DNA from: Planctomycetota bacterium
GTDB lineage: Bacteria; Planctomycetota; UBA8108; SXIK01
Assembly (NCBI GenBank): GCA_016209535.1
Contig: JACQVW010000404.1
Span: forward strand, 1 to 61,894
Direction: 5' to 3'
DNA: 61,894 nt
The notes below the pieces were generated by a model, which was given only the letters and a program-made list of their open reading frames with translations, made no database searches and had not been told where the DNA came from. A program made the translations under genes and the position numbers. Below are positions 10,101-17,856 of this stretch, in pieces (position 1 is the stretch's first letter; every line of letters begins with the position of its first letter).

Positions 10101-10440
10101 AGGTCACCTGGCTCATGGCCGTGTCCATGCTGATGTCCTCGTGGAAGAAGTCCTTGACCACGCAGACGCCCAGCATGGCCTTCGCCTCCTGGTGCTCGAT
10201 CCCCACGGACTGCCCCGTCCAGCGCTCGAGCCGGCTCATGATGTCCCGCTCCATGACCTCCGCCGGCATGCCGGGATAGAAGGTCACGATCTGCACCGCC
10301 GGCGTCTTGAAGATCGGGAGGAGGTCCGCTGGCAGGAGGAAGAGGGACGTGACTCCGAGGACGACCACCAGGATCGCGGCGACGACCACCGCGTAGGGGT
10401 TCCGGAGGGCGAGGCGGATGATCGCTTCCAGAGGCCTCAC
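7162..10440 (-). CDS. efflux RND transporter permease (AcrB/AcrD/AcrF superfamily)
   Basis: 1092 aa with 12-TM architecture, two large periplasmic loops and typical N-terminal and TM4 motifs. GTG start. Confidence 0.92.
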   Translation of the reverse strand: MRPLEAIIRLALRNPYAVVVAAILVVVLGVTSLFLLPADLLPIFKTPAVQIVTFYPGMPAEVMERDIMSRLERWTGQSVGIEHQEAKAMLGVCVVKDFFHEDISMDTAMSQVTSYAMSDMFYLPPGTIPPMVMPFDPTAMTPLCLLTVSSATLGEKELYDIAYFDLRNRLQSISGVIAPAVYGGVLRRVLAYVDRDRLQSRNMDPMDVVEALGKWNTIIPTGNAKLGPIDYQLVANGMVRRVEELNDVPILFHEGRPVYMRDVGTVEDTHQIQTNVVRVNGRRQVYIPVYRQPGANSLAIVRGVKDAIGEIKARLVDAQGKPRDVELDVAFDQSVTIRKAIGELELSAVIGAALAALVIVLFLRAFLPSVAVLLALPLAVLGTFIGLRFSGQSVNSMTLGGIALAVGVMVDQAIVLMENILRHLHQGKAPRVAAWDGAREVATPVLVSTLTFVAVFFPVVFLSGVAKFLFAPLALAVIFGMLSSYLLAMLVIPAFSARFLAPVARPEANGAVPARGAGVGPMYRAYGALVRWTVAHPLVTTGAAASLLAVTALPFSRLGWELFPRLDQGQLTIFVRAPSGTRIEVTEEIVQEVERTIAEELRSSRRGVALAAEAAGTSSGSEPGRLQIPEDSDARTIISNLGVLLDWPAAYTWNSGPMDAFVLVQLKEDRTRSSLEHVERLREVLPEKFPGVEFAFDTAGMLTTALNFGLPSPIDVRVEGTKGYPRAAEIAKHLRNEIAKVPGAADVRIQQKVDYPQVSIEVDREKAAYYGLTQEEIVKNIVTATSSSINFKPAFWIDERNGNHYFLGAQYREAAIRSFETLEDLLITSAATRQPVPLKDLATFELTTAPAEITHLNITRMVDIFVNVARGHDVGSVSRGVDRVIERTRSAEVAGEKVIPEGFRVFQAGELESFRRSFGSFGFGFALAAVIVYLILVVLFRSFGEPLVILLAVPLGLVGVGWTLWTTGTTLNIQAFMGMILMVGLVVEYGIILVDFANLRRAEGSPLEEAIVEAASIRLRPILMTSLTTVLALVPMAFFGGREGGANAALARTILGGVLAATVLTLAVMPALYRLLARRTLKPEGDLPVGEA

Positions 10441-10444
10441 TTCA

Positions 10445-11233
10445 TCACCTCAGCCCCTGGAATGTCTCGAGGAGACGCCGCAGCACGCTCGGCTCCGTTC
10501 CGCCGGCCGCCACGAACAGGACGCCGCGGACGGTCGCCATGAGGACCCGACAGTCGCGCACATCCTCCTCGATCAAGCCTTCCGGGGCTGCGGCGATCGC
10601 CTCCATGACGCTCTCGGGCGGCTTCAGGGGCCCGAGGATGACCGTCACGTCCCGGCCGCCGATGCGGTACGTGACGTAGCCCACGGGACCACCCAGGAAG
10701 GTGCACCGGCGCGCCCCCACGAGCTCGGCCGGACAGGCCTCGGTCTCGGCGACCGAGCTCCCGTCGGGCACGATGACGTCGAAGCCCAGCTCGCCCGCGT
10801 AGAAGCCCCGGACGAGAGCGGCCTCCGGGCCGCGCACCTGGATCGGGCTCTTCCCGGCCAGGTACTTCTCGTGGTGCTCGACGGCCGAGCGTGCGGCGGC
10901 GGATGGGCCGGCTCGGTTCAGCGCCAGGGAGAGCAGCAGGCAGGCCAGAAGCAGGAGCGCGGCGGCGTTCGCTCCCCACAGCCACCAGGTCCTCCGGGGC
11001 CCGTGAACGGCCCGGACGCGCGCCTCGAGCTCCTGCCAGGGGAAGCCTTCGAGAGGGCCCGCGCTCTTCCAGGCCGCGCAAGCGACGGCCTCCTCGAGCC
11101 GCCGTTCCCGGGCCCACAGGTCGCGACACCCCGGGCAGGCCTCGAGGTGCAGGTTCACCTCCTCGGCGCCGCGCGGGTCGAGCTCGCTGTCGTGGTAGAG
11201 GAAGAAGAGCCGCCGGGCTTCCTCGCATCTCAT
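10445..11233 (-). CDS. membrane-spanning anti-sigma factor (zf-HC2 N-terminus)
   Basis: HLEACPGC zinc-finger motif, one TM helix and a periplasmic domain. Overlaps the sigma gene stop. Confidence 0.7.
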   Translation of the reverse strand: MRCEEARRLFFLYHDSELDPRGAEEVNLHLEACPGCRDLWARERRLEEAVACAAWKSAGPLEGFPWQELEARVRAVHGPRRTWWLWGANAAALLLLACLLLSLALNRAGPSAAARSAVEHHEKYLAGKSPIQVRGPEAALVRGFYAGELGFDVIVPDGSSVAETEACPAELVGARRCTFLGGPVGYVTYRIGGRDVTVILGPLKPPESVMEAIAAAPEGLIEEDVRDCRVLMATVRGVLFVAAGGTEPSVLRRLLETFQGLR

Positions 11234-11799
11234 GGCCTGGGCCTCCTTTCCGGGCCTTGCCCCTCGCCGAGCCGGCGCGAGGAGATGTGCACGCGAAGGC
11301 GCTTCCGGGCCCGCGCGAGGTGGCTCATGGCGGTCCCCTCGGGCATCCCCAGGGCCTCGGCGATCTCACGGTAGGAGAGGTCCCCCACGCACTTCAGGAG
11401 GAGGACGAGGCGCTCCGCCGCGGCGAGCGCGCGGATCGCCTCCGCGAGGTCCTCGTCCAGGGTGGCGAGGACCGACTCCGGCTCGTGGAAGAAGCCCTCG
11501 TAGGCCGACTCCCAATGGAGGAGCGTGTCCGGAGCCTCGAGCTCCGCGGGCAGGGGGACCTCCAGCTCCTCGCGCAGCAGGCGGTTCCGGTTGCGGACCG
11601 TGTTGACCAGGTACTTGAGGACCCAGGCCCTGAAGGAGGCGCCTTCCCGGTAGCGGGCGAAGTCGCGCCACGCCTTCAGGATCGCGTCCTGCAGGGCGTC
11701 GTCCGCGTCCGCCTTCCTCGAGAGCAGGCTGCGGCTGACTGCGAGGAGCCGCTCGCGATAAGGGGCCAGGAGCGTGAGGAAGCGTTCCGGATCGGACAA
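11230..11799 (-). CDS. ECF-type RNA polymerase sigma-70 factor
   Basis: 189 aa. Region 2 (DALQDAILKAW) and region 4 (LSYREIAEALGMPEGTAMSHLARARKRL). TTG start with AGGAG upstream. Confidence 0.85.
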   Translation of the reverse strand: MSDPERFLTLLAPYRERLLAVSRSLLSRKADADDALQDAILKAWRDFARYREGASFRAWVLKYLVNTVRNRNRLLREELEVPLPAELEAPDTLLHWESAYEGFFHEPESVLATLDEDLAEAIRALAAAERLVLLLKCVGDLSYREIAEALGMPEGTAMSHLARARKRLRVHISSRRLGEGQGPERRPRP

Positions 11800-11849
11800 G
11801 GCGCTGGGTCTCCTGGCCCTTCAATGTGCCGGGGAGGCCGATTCCTTGC

Positions 11850-11873
11850 AAAAAAAAACGGGGACACTCCCGG
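11850..11873 (-). terminator. possible weak intrinsic terminator downstream of the rhodanese gene (short GC hairpin followed by U9)
   Basis: A9 tract at 11850-11858 on the plus strand (U9 on the minus-strand RNA) preceded by GGGA-GUG-UCCC. The stem is only 4 bp. Confidence 0.25.
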
Positions 11874-11986
11874 AATCTGCGGAACGCCGTGGCTCGGCAG
11901 GGCTGGGCCGATCCGGAGCCTGCCGGGGGTGGCCGTCGACCGCGGGTCGCACCGCAGGCCCGTCGCAGGGACCGGAGGCCTGCCGG

Positions 11987-12493
11987 CTATCGCCGGCCGG
12001 ACCCCTCCGGCTTCCGCGGGGACCCCTTTCCCTTGGGAGATGTCGCGGGTTGCCTCGGAATGTCCTGCACGGGGTAGCCCGCACGGACCCACCCGGCGAT
12101 CCCGTCGGGGTACTCGATCACGTTCGAGTACCCGAGGCTTCTTAGCCGGTCCGACAGCTTCCGCCGCAGAGGGCACCGAGTATCGGTGCAGTAGACCACG
12201 ACGAGGGCACCCTTCTCATCGACCGCCGCGGCCACCTCCCCCGATGTCGGCTCGGCGGCGATGAGCTTGGCGCCCCGGATCACCTGGTCGGCCTTGCCCC
12301 GCGCGTCGAGGAGGACGAGCGGGACCCTCGATCGGAGGAGGGCCATGAGGGCGGCGCCGTTCAGCTCGGCGGTCGGCTCCTTCTTCTTTCCGGCCTTGGT
12401 GTGGCTCCCCTCTTCCTCGGGCCGAGCCACCGTGATGCCGAGGACGAGGACGAAGAGGAGCGCGGTGGCACAATACGAAGCGATCGGTTTCAT
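11987..12493 (-). CDS. rhodanese-like sulfurtransferase domain protein, secreted or anchored
   Basis: 168 aa. Signal-like N-terminus. Active-site loop VVVYCTDTRCP. AAGGAGA precedes ATG 12493. Confidence 0.8.
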   Translation of the reverse strand: MKPIASYCATALLFVLVLGITVARPEEEGSHTKAGKKKEPTAELNGAALMALLRSRVPLVLLDARGKADQVIRGAKLIAAEPTSGEVAAAVDEKGALVVVYCTDTRCPLRRKLSDRLRSLGYSNVIEYPDGIAGWVRAGYPVQDIPRQPATSPKGKGSPRKPEGSGRR

Positions 12494-12547
12494 GGATGGT
12501 CTCCTTTCTTTCGACTTGTTCCAACGACAGAGCTGAGCCTGCCCACG

Positions 12548-14095
12548 TCACCGCCGCCACGCGAACCAAGCGTGGAGGAGCTTCCTTGCCGGCGCGGTCA
12601 GCCGGGACCGGTTGTAGGCGTCGGCCGCCTTCTTCAGGACCTCCGCCTGGGTGGGGTACGGGTGGATGGTCCTCGAGAGACGCCTCAAGCCGCGGCCCGA
12701 GACCATGAGGGTCGTGATCTCGGAGATCATCTCCCCGGCGTGCCGCGCGACGAGGGTCGCTCCCAGCACCCTGTCCGTCCCGCGCTTGAGGTGGACCTTG
12801 AGGAACCCGAAGTCCTCCCCGTCGAGCACGGCGCGGTCCACCTCCGCCAGCGGGACGGTGAGCGTCTCGACGGGGATGCCGCGGGCCTCGGCGTCCTTCG
12901 CGTAAAGCCCCACGTGCGCGATCTCCGGGTCCGTGTAGGTGCACCAGGGAATGGTCAAGGCGCTCGCGCGGGCGCTCCGGAAGAAGAGAGCGTTCTGGAT
13001 CGCGATCCGGGCCAGCGCGTCGGCCATGTGCGTGAACCGGTACGGGGAGCAGACGTCGCCGGCGGCGTAGATCCTCCGGTTGGTGGTCCGGAGGAAGTCG
13101 TCGACCTTGACGCCCGAGCGCCGGTCGCAGGCAACGCCGGCCGCCTCGAGGTCGAGGCCCTCCACGTTGGGGGCGCGCCCGACGCCCACCAGGATCTCGT
13201 CCACGGGGATCTCCAGGGGCTTCCCCTCCCGGGAGAGGACGAGCCGCTTGGCGCTGCCGTTCTTGACCTCGAGGATGTCGCTCCCGCAGAGGAGGCGCAC
13301 GCCGTCGCGCTCGAGAGCCGATTCGATCACCCGCGCCGCGTCCCGGTCCTCGCGGGTGAGGATCTGGAGGTCCTTCTCGATCAAGCATACCTCGGACCCG
13401 AACCGAGCGAAGCTTTGCGCCAGCTCGCAGCCGATGGGGCCGCCCCCGATGACCGCGAGGCGCGGGGGCAAGGCCCGGAGCGAGAACACGGTCTCGTTCG
13501 TCAGGTAGCCCGCCGCGGCGAGCCCCGGTATCGGAGGCGCCGCGGCGCGGGCCCCCGTGGCGACCACGGCCCGCGAGAACCGGAGCCGCTTCCCGCCGAC
13601 CTCGACCTCGTCCCGGCCGGCGAAGCGCGCGTCTCCAAAGAAGACGTCGACTCCGAGCCCCCGGAAGCGCTGGGCGGAGTCGTTCCGGCTGATGCGCGCC
13701 CTCAGGCCGCGCATGCGGTCCAGCACCGCGGCGAAGTCCACCCGCACGCCTCCCGGGACCACGACGCCGAAGGCGCCCGCGTCCCGCGTCTCCGCGTAGG
13801 CCCTCGCGCAGCGGATCAGCGCCTTCGACGGCACGCAGCCGTAGTTCAGGCAGTCGCCGCCGAGGAGGTGCCTCTCTACCAGCGCCACCTTCGCCCCGAG
13901 GCCCGCCGCCCCGGCGGCAGCGACGAGGCCCGCGGTCCCGGCACCGATCACGACCAGGTTGTAGCGGCCGCTCGGCTCGGGGTTCACCCATTCCGGAGGA
14001 TGGACATTCGATTGCAGGGTCCGATCGTGATCGTCCATCGGCCGGCCGGCCTGGAGCCCATCCGGCGGGCTCAAGCTCTCCAGGGGTGGCTTCAT
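12548..14095 (-). CDS. FAD-dependent pyridine nucleotide-disulfide oxidoreductase (mercuric reductase / dihydrolipoamide dehydrogenase-like)
   Basis: Internal ATG 14095 of the 1086-aa track ORF. GAGTAG dinucleotide fold, redox-active GGDCLNYGCVPSK motif and C-terminal dimerisation domain. ATGA overlap with the upstream gene. Confidence 0.85.
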   Translation of the reverse strand: MKPPLESLSPPDGLQAGRPMDDHDRTLQSNVHPPEWVNPEPSGRYNLVVIGAGTAGLVAAAGAAGLGAKVALVERHLLGGDCLNYGCVPSKALIRCARAYAETRDAGAFGVVVPGGVRVDFAAVLDRMRGLRARISRNDSAQRFRGLGVDVFFGDARFAGRDEVEVGGKRLRFSRAVVATGARAAAPPIPGLAAAGYLTNETVFSLRALPPRLAVIGGGPIGCELAQSFARFGSEVCLIEKDLQILTREDRDAARVIESALERDGVRLLCGSDILEVKNGSAKRLVLSREGKPLEIPVDEILVGVGRAPNVEGLDLEAAGVACDRRSGVKVDDFLRTTNRRIYAAGDVCSPYRFTHMADALARIAIQNALFFRSARASALTIPWCTYTDPEIAHVGLYAKDAEARGIPVETLTVPLAEVDRAVLDGEDFGFLKVHLKRGTDRVLGATLVARHAGEMISEITTLMVSGRGLRRLSRTIHPYPTQAEVLKKAADAYNRSRLTAPARKLLHAWFAWRR

Positions 14096-15699
14096 GGTTC
14101 GCTCCCCTTTCCGTTGAGGGACCACTCGTAGTCCAGCCACTCGATCCTCGGCGCCTTCCCGGCCGCGAGCGCCTCCCGGAGCTCGGGGACATACCGAGCG
14201 GCGAACTCGAGCACCGAGCCTGCCCCCTGCTCGAAGTCGCCGCCGTACCAGTCGTAGAGCCGGGTGAGCCGCACGGTGCCGTGCTCCAGGTCGAGCTCGA
14301 GCCAGCGCGCAGGAGCATGCACGCGGCGCGCCTGGTCCTCGAGCTGTCCCTCCAGCCGCTTCCCGGTGAAGGCCTCGCTTCTCAACGGCGGGCAGCCTTT
14401 CGCTGCACAGACGAGCGCGAAATGGACCCGAGGCTCCCGGAACCGGGAGCGGATCTGCTCGTGCTCGATCTCCTCGAGGCTCCAGACGTGCGGCCCGACG
14501 CGCCAGCGCCGGTCCTCCCACCGCCTCGCGGCGGGTATGTCCTTGATCGAGCGTAGCGGGTAGCGCTCCAGGACCAGCCGGAGCGTGAAGGCGTTGTACG
14601 CGTTCAAGAGGAGCGCGAGCTTCTCGTCGCGCCCGAGCCCGTCGAAGGGTGCTACGGCGAGCGTCTCGATGTACCGCTCCAGCATGTCTCCGTCGTCCTT
14701 GAGCCCCCGGTAGTCCACCCGGCCTTCGCCGTCGACGTGCCGCCGGAGGAGGCCGTCGAGGAGCGCGTGGTCGAATGCGCGCCCCTCGCGCTGGTCCTCG
14801 TAAGCCTCCACCATCGTGACCCTGGGCGGGCCGAGGGCGCGCTGCAGCACGTCGCGCCCCAGGTAGGCGCAGGCGTTGGCCGCGACGACGAGTCCGGCGA
14901 GGGAGGCGAGCAGCACCGCGCGGCGGAGCGATCCGCGGGCCGGGACGGCCTCGCGAGCTCCCGGGGCGCCGCACCCGCGCGAGATCCCGGCCTCGATCCC
15001 CGCGTCGCGGACCGCCTTGCGGGCGAGACGGGTCACGTAGGCGGTCACGGCCAGCGTGGCCACGAGCCCGACGGCCAGGAGTGCCCACCGGCCCGCTGCC
15101 CCGGCTGGCCGTGTGCCGCTCGCCGCCTCGAGCCCCGCTCTGCCTGCGTACCCCAGGTACACGTAGAGGAAGGTCCCCGGCAGCATCGTCAGCCAGCTCG
15201 TCGCCAGGTACGGCCAGAAACGAATGAGTGTGAGGCCGAAGAGGTAGTTGCTCAGGCTGAACGGTATGACCGGCGACAGCCGGAGGAGCGCGAGGATGAC
15301 CCAGCCCCGCGCCCCGATCGCCGCGTCGACCGCGCCGAACGTGGGGCTCTGGCCAGCCTTCCGCCTCACGGCGTCCCTCGCGAGGTAGCGAGCGAGGAGA
15401 AACGCCAGACCGGCCGCCAGCGTCGAGGCGAGAGACACCATCGCGGTCCCCAAGGCGAGGCCGAAGAGCGCTCCGGCGGCGATGGTGAGGGCCGAGCCCG
15501 GGACCAGCAGCACGGCGGAGAGCACGTAGAGGGCCGCGAACGCAGCCGGCCCCCACACGCCGAGCCCCTCGATCCGGCCGAGGAGCGCCTGGAGGACGCG
15601 GTCGACTGGGAGCAGCCGGGCGATCGCGATCAGCCCGCCAGCGATGACCGCCGCCGAGACCCACTGGACCGCCATCGTGGAGCGCTCGTTCAGGGTCAT
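14092..15699 (-). CDS. fusion of a TVP38/TMEM64 (DedA-like) membrane domain with a DUF547 domain
   Basis: Internal ATG 15699 of the 821-aa track ORF. SNARE-associated-type TM region, then DUF547-like LLNAYNAFTL...HFALVCAAKGCPPL. ATGA overlap with arsS. Confidence 0.8.
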   Translation of the reverse strand: MTLNERSTMAVQWVSAAVIAGGLIAIARLLPVDRVLQALLGRIEGLGVWGPAAFAALYVLSAVLLVPGSALTIAAGALFGLALGTAMVSLASTLAAGLAFLLARYLARDAVRRKAGQSPTFGAVDAAIGARGWVILALLRLSPVIPFSLSNYLFGLTLIRFWPYLATSWLTMLPGTFLYVYLGYAGRAGLEAASGTRPAGAAGRWALLAVGLVATLAVTAYVTRLARKAVRDAGIEAGISRGCGAPGAREAVPARGSLRRAVLLASLAGLVVAANACAYLGRDVLQRALGPPRVTMVEAYEDQREGRAFDHALLDGLLRRHVDGEGRVDYRGLKDDGDMLERYIETLAVAPFDGLGRDEKLALLLNAYNAFTLRLVLERYPLRSIKDIPAARRWEDRRWRVGPHVWSLEEIEHEQIRSRFREPRVHFALVCAAKGCPPLRSEAFTGKRLEGQLEDQARRVHAPARWLELDLEHGTVRLTRLYDWYGGDFEQGAGSVLEFAARYVPELREALAAGKAPRIEWLDYEWSLNGKGSEP

Positions 15700-16685
15700 G
15701 CCAGCGCTCCGCCGCAGGAGGACCCCTGGCCGGCCGTGCAGCCAAAGCAGTGGGAGCCCGTCGCGATCCTCCGGGCTGCGAGCTCCCCTGGGCGGAAGTC
15801 GCGGACATGACCTCTCACGCGAGTCGAGGTGGGCAGGCCGAGGGCGTAGTTGAAGTCGCAGTCGTACAGCGTGCCGTCCCAGCCCACGTTCACCTGGCGG
15901 CGGCACATGAGGCCGTCGATGGTCGCGGGATTGAAGGCGTTCCGGAGAACCTCCATGTACTGCTCGGCTTTCCCTTGCCGTGCGAGGTCGAGGAGGAAGC
16001 GCCCGACCGGCATGTTGGCGATCGCGACGAGCCGCGTGAAGCGAATGCCGTAGCGGGCGGCCAGCTCGCGGCGGTAAGCCGCCTCGAGCGCCTCCTGAGG
16101 AGGGGGAAGGTGCGGGCCGAGGGGGTTGTAGACCAGGTCCAGGGGCAGGTCCGGCTGGACCCCGTAGCCCAGCCCGTTCAGGATGACGATGGTCGCGATG
16201 CTGTCGTCGAAGACGCCCTTGCCGCGCTGGCCGTCGACGTTCTTCTCGAGGTAGCAGGGCAGCGAGGCGACCAGGTGGACCTTGAGCTCGCGGAAGAGCT
16301 CGGGCAGGTCTTCGTAGCCCGGCTCGAGGAGGATCGTGAGGTTCGTGCGGACCATGACCTCCAAGCCCTGGGCCGCGGCCGCCGCGATGAACGCACGGAA
16401 GCGCGGGTGCATCTCCGGCGCGCCGCCCGTCAAGTCGAGCGTCCGGGCGCCCGCCTCCCGCGCCGCCGCGAGGACGAGCCGCATCGTGGGCCAGTCCATC
16501 TCCTCGGCGCGGCCCGGTGAGGACTCGACATGGCAGTGCCGGCAGGCGAGGTTGCACCTCAAGCCGATGTTCGCCTGAACGGTGTCGATGGATAGCCCGT
16601 GGAGCGGACCGCCGTCCGCTTCCGCCACGCGGCGGTCGAAGTCATTCAGCGCGGCGGACCGCATCTCTCGTGCCAGATAGGTCAT
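15696..16685 (-). CDS. arsS: radical SAM/Cys-rich protein, ArsS-type (arsenosugar biosynthesis family)
   Basis: 329 aa. CNLACRHCH (CxxxCxxC) radical SAM site. C-terminal Cys-rich GSHCFGCTAGQGSSCGG tail (Cys form, not Sec). Confidence 0.8.
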   Translation of the reverse strand: MTYLAREMRSAALNDFDRRVAEADGGPLHGLSIDTVQANIGLRCNLACRHCHVESSPGRAEEMDWPTMRLVLAAAREAGARTLDLTGGAPEMHPRFRAFIAAAAAQGLEVMVRTNLTILLEPGYEDLPELFRELKVHLVASLPCYLEKNVDGQRGKGVFDDSIATIVILNGLGYGVQPDLPLDLVYNPLGPHLPPPQEALEAAYRRELAARYGIRFTRLVAIANMPVGRFLLDLARQGKAEQYMEVLRNAFNPATIDGLMCRRQVNVGWDGTLYDCDFNYALGLPTSTRVRGHVRDFRPGELAARRIATGSHCFGCTAGQGSSCGGALA

Positions 16686-16694
16686 GTTTCCCTT

Positions 16695-17828
16695 TCATGC
16701 CAAGGGGCGAAGGAGCGAAAAGAGCCCGCCGCCGAGCAGCGCCGCGACCGGCAGCGTGGTCACCCACGCCGCCAGGATTTGGGCGATCACCTTTCCATCG
16801 GCGGAACGTCGGACGAGCCCGATCCCGAAGATCGACCCGCAGGCCACGTGCGTCGTCGAGACGGGGAGCCCCAGCCGCGATGCGCCCAGGACGAACGCCG
16901 CGGTGACCAGGTTCGCGGTCAGCCCCTGGCCGGAGTTGAGCGCCGTGATGCGCTTTCCCATGGTGCGGGCCACCTTGCGGGAGCCCAGGACTCCCCCGAC
17001 CGCCATGGCGAGCGCGATGAGCCCAAGGTGGAGCCACGAGAGCCACCTCCCGGCGGCGATCATGAGCGCCGCGATCTTCGGCGTGTCGTTGACGGCCCGG
17101 GCGAAGCAAACCACTCCCGCGCTCAGGAAGTGGACCCGGTCCACCATCGCCTGGGCGCTGAGCCCGAGGACCCGGCCCAGGTAACGCTCGCGGCATACCG
17201 CCTCGGGACCGACGGTGAGCGCGGGCACGGCCCTGGCGGGCGCGGGAAGTCGAGCGAAGGGCGCGAGGGCTGCCGCCGGGTTCGCCGGCTGGGGCGACAG
17301 ATCCCCGACGCAGACGCAGGTCTCGCGCGTGATGCCAAGGCCAGCCCGCGCAGCCCGCAGGAGCGGGTAGCAGAGCCCCGCGCCCGCGATGGCCGCGAGC
17401 GGGCTCAGGAGGAGGGGCTGCAGGAAGCGGCCTTGGAGCACGCCCCATCGCATGCGCTCCGGATCGGCAGCGAACGCCGCCCCGAGGAGCGCGCCGAGGA
17501 GAGCGTGCGTCGTCGAGGTCGGCATCCCCAGGACGGTCGCGAGGAGGATTGTGACTGCCGCGGCGCCTGCCACACTGATCCGGATCGGCCACGTGCCCAT
17601 GAGCTCACCCGACAGGATCCCCTCCCCGCTGAAGGTCGCTGCCAGGCGCCTGGCCAGCAGGACAGCGGCGCAGCTCCCGGCCAGTGTGGCGAGGGTCGAC
17701 CACGAGAGCGCCGCCCGGAACCCGGTCGTGCCGCTGCCGTAGAGCGTTGCGACCCCCTTGAAGTTGTCATTGGCCCCGTTCGCATAGGCGAGCCACAGGA
17801 CCGTGACAAGGAGGACCCAGGCCGTCAT
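16695..17828 (-). CDS. PiT-family inorganic phosphate (possibly arsenate) transporter
   Basis: GANDNFKG signature. About 10 TM helices. ATG 17828 preceded by GAAGGAGGA; the track ORF extends upstream artefactually. Confidence 0.85.
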   Translation of the reverse strand: MTAWVLLVTVLWLAYANGANDNFKGVATLYGSGTTGFRAALSWSTLATLAGSCAAVLLARRLAATFSGEGILSGELMGTWPIRISVAGAAAVTILLATVLGMPTSTTHALLGALLGAAFAADPERMRWGVLQGRFLQPLLLSPLAAIAGAGLCYPLLRAARAGLGITRETCVCVGDLSPQPANPAAALAPFARLPAPARAVPALTVGPEAVCRERYLGRVLGLSAQAMVDRVHFLSAGVVCFARAVNDTPKIAALMIAAGRWLSWLHLGLIALAMAVGGVLGSRKVARTMGKRITALNSGQGLTANLVTAAFVLGASRLGLPVSTTHVACGSIFGIGLVRRSADGKVIAQILAAWVTTLPVAALLGGGLFSLLRPLA

Positions 17829-17856
17829 GCGTCCTCCTTCTCGGATCGCGGGCGCA

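Noticed and set aside
11835-11850. A sigma-54-like GGCCG-N5-TTGCA motif on the plus strand
   Set aside because: The spacing is right, but the -24 box is poor and no plus-strand gene follows for about 10 kb.
15696-15760. Selenocysteine in the C-terminal Cys-rich tail of the ArsS-like protein
   Set aside because: Some family members are selenoproteins, but here the motif reads GSSCGG with a normal Cys codon and the ORF ends at a standard stop.
12548-16557. Track ORFs of 1086 aa (12548-15808) and 821 aa (14092-16557) taken at face value as giant proteins
   Set aside because: Only their C-terminal parts show family motifs. The internal ATGs at 14095 and 15699 overlap the upstream stops as ATGA. 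The N-terminal extensions run through the neighbouring genes in another frame.
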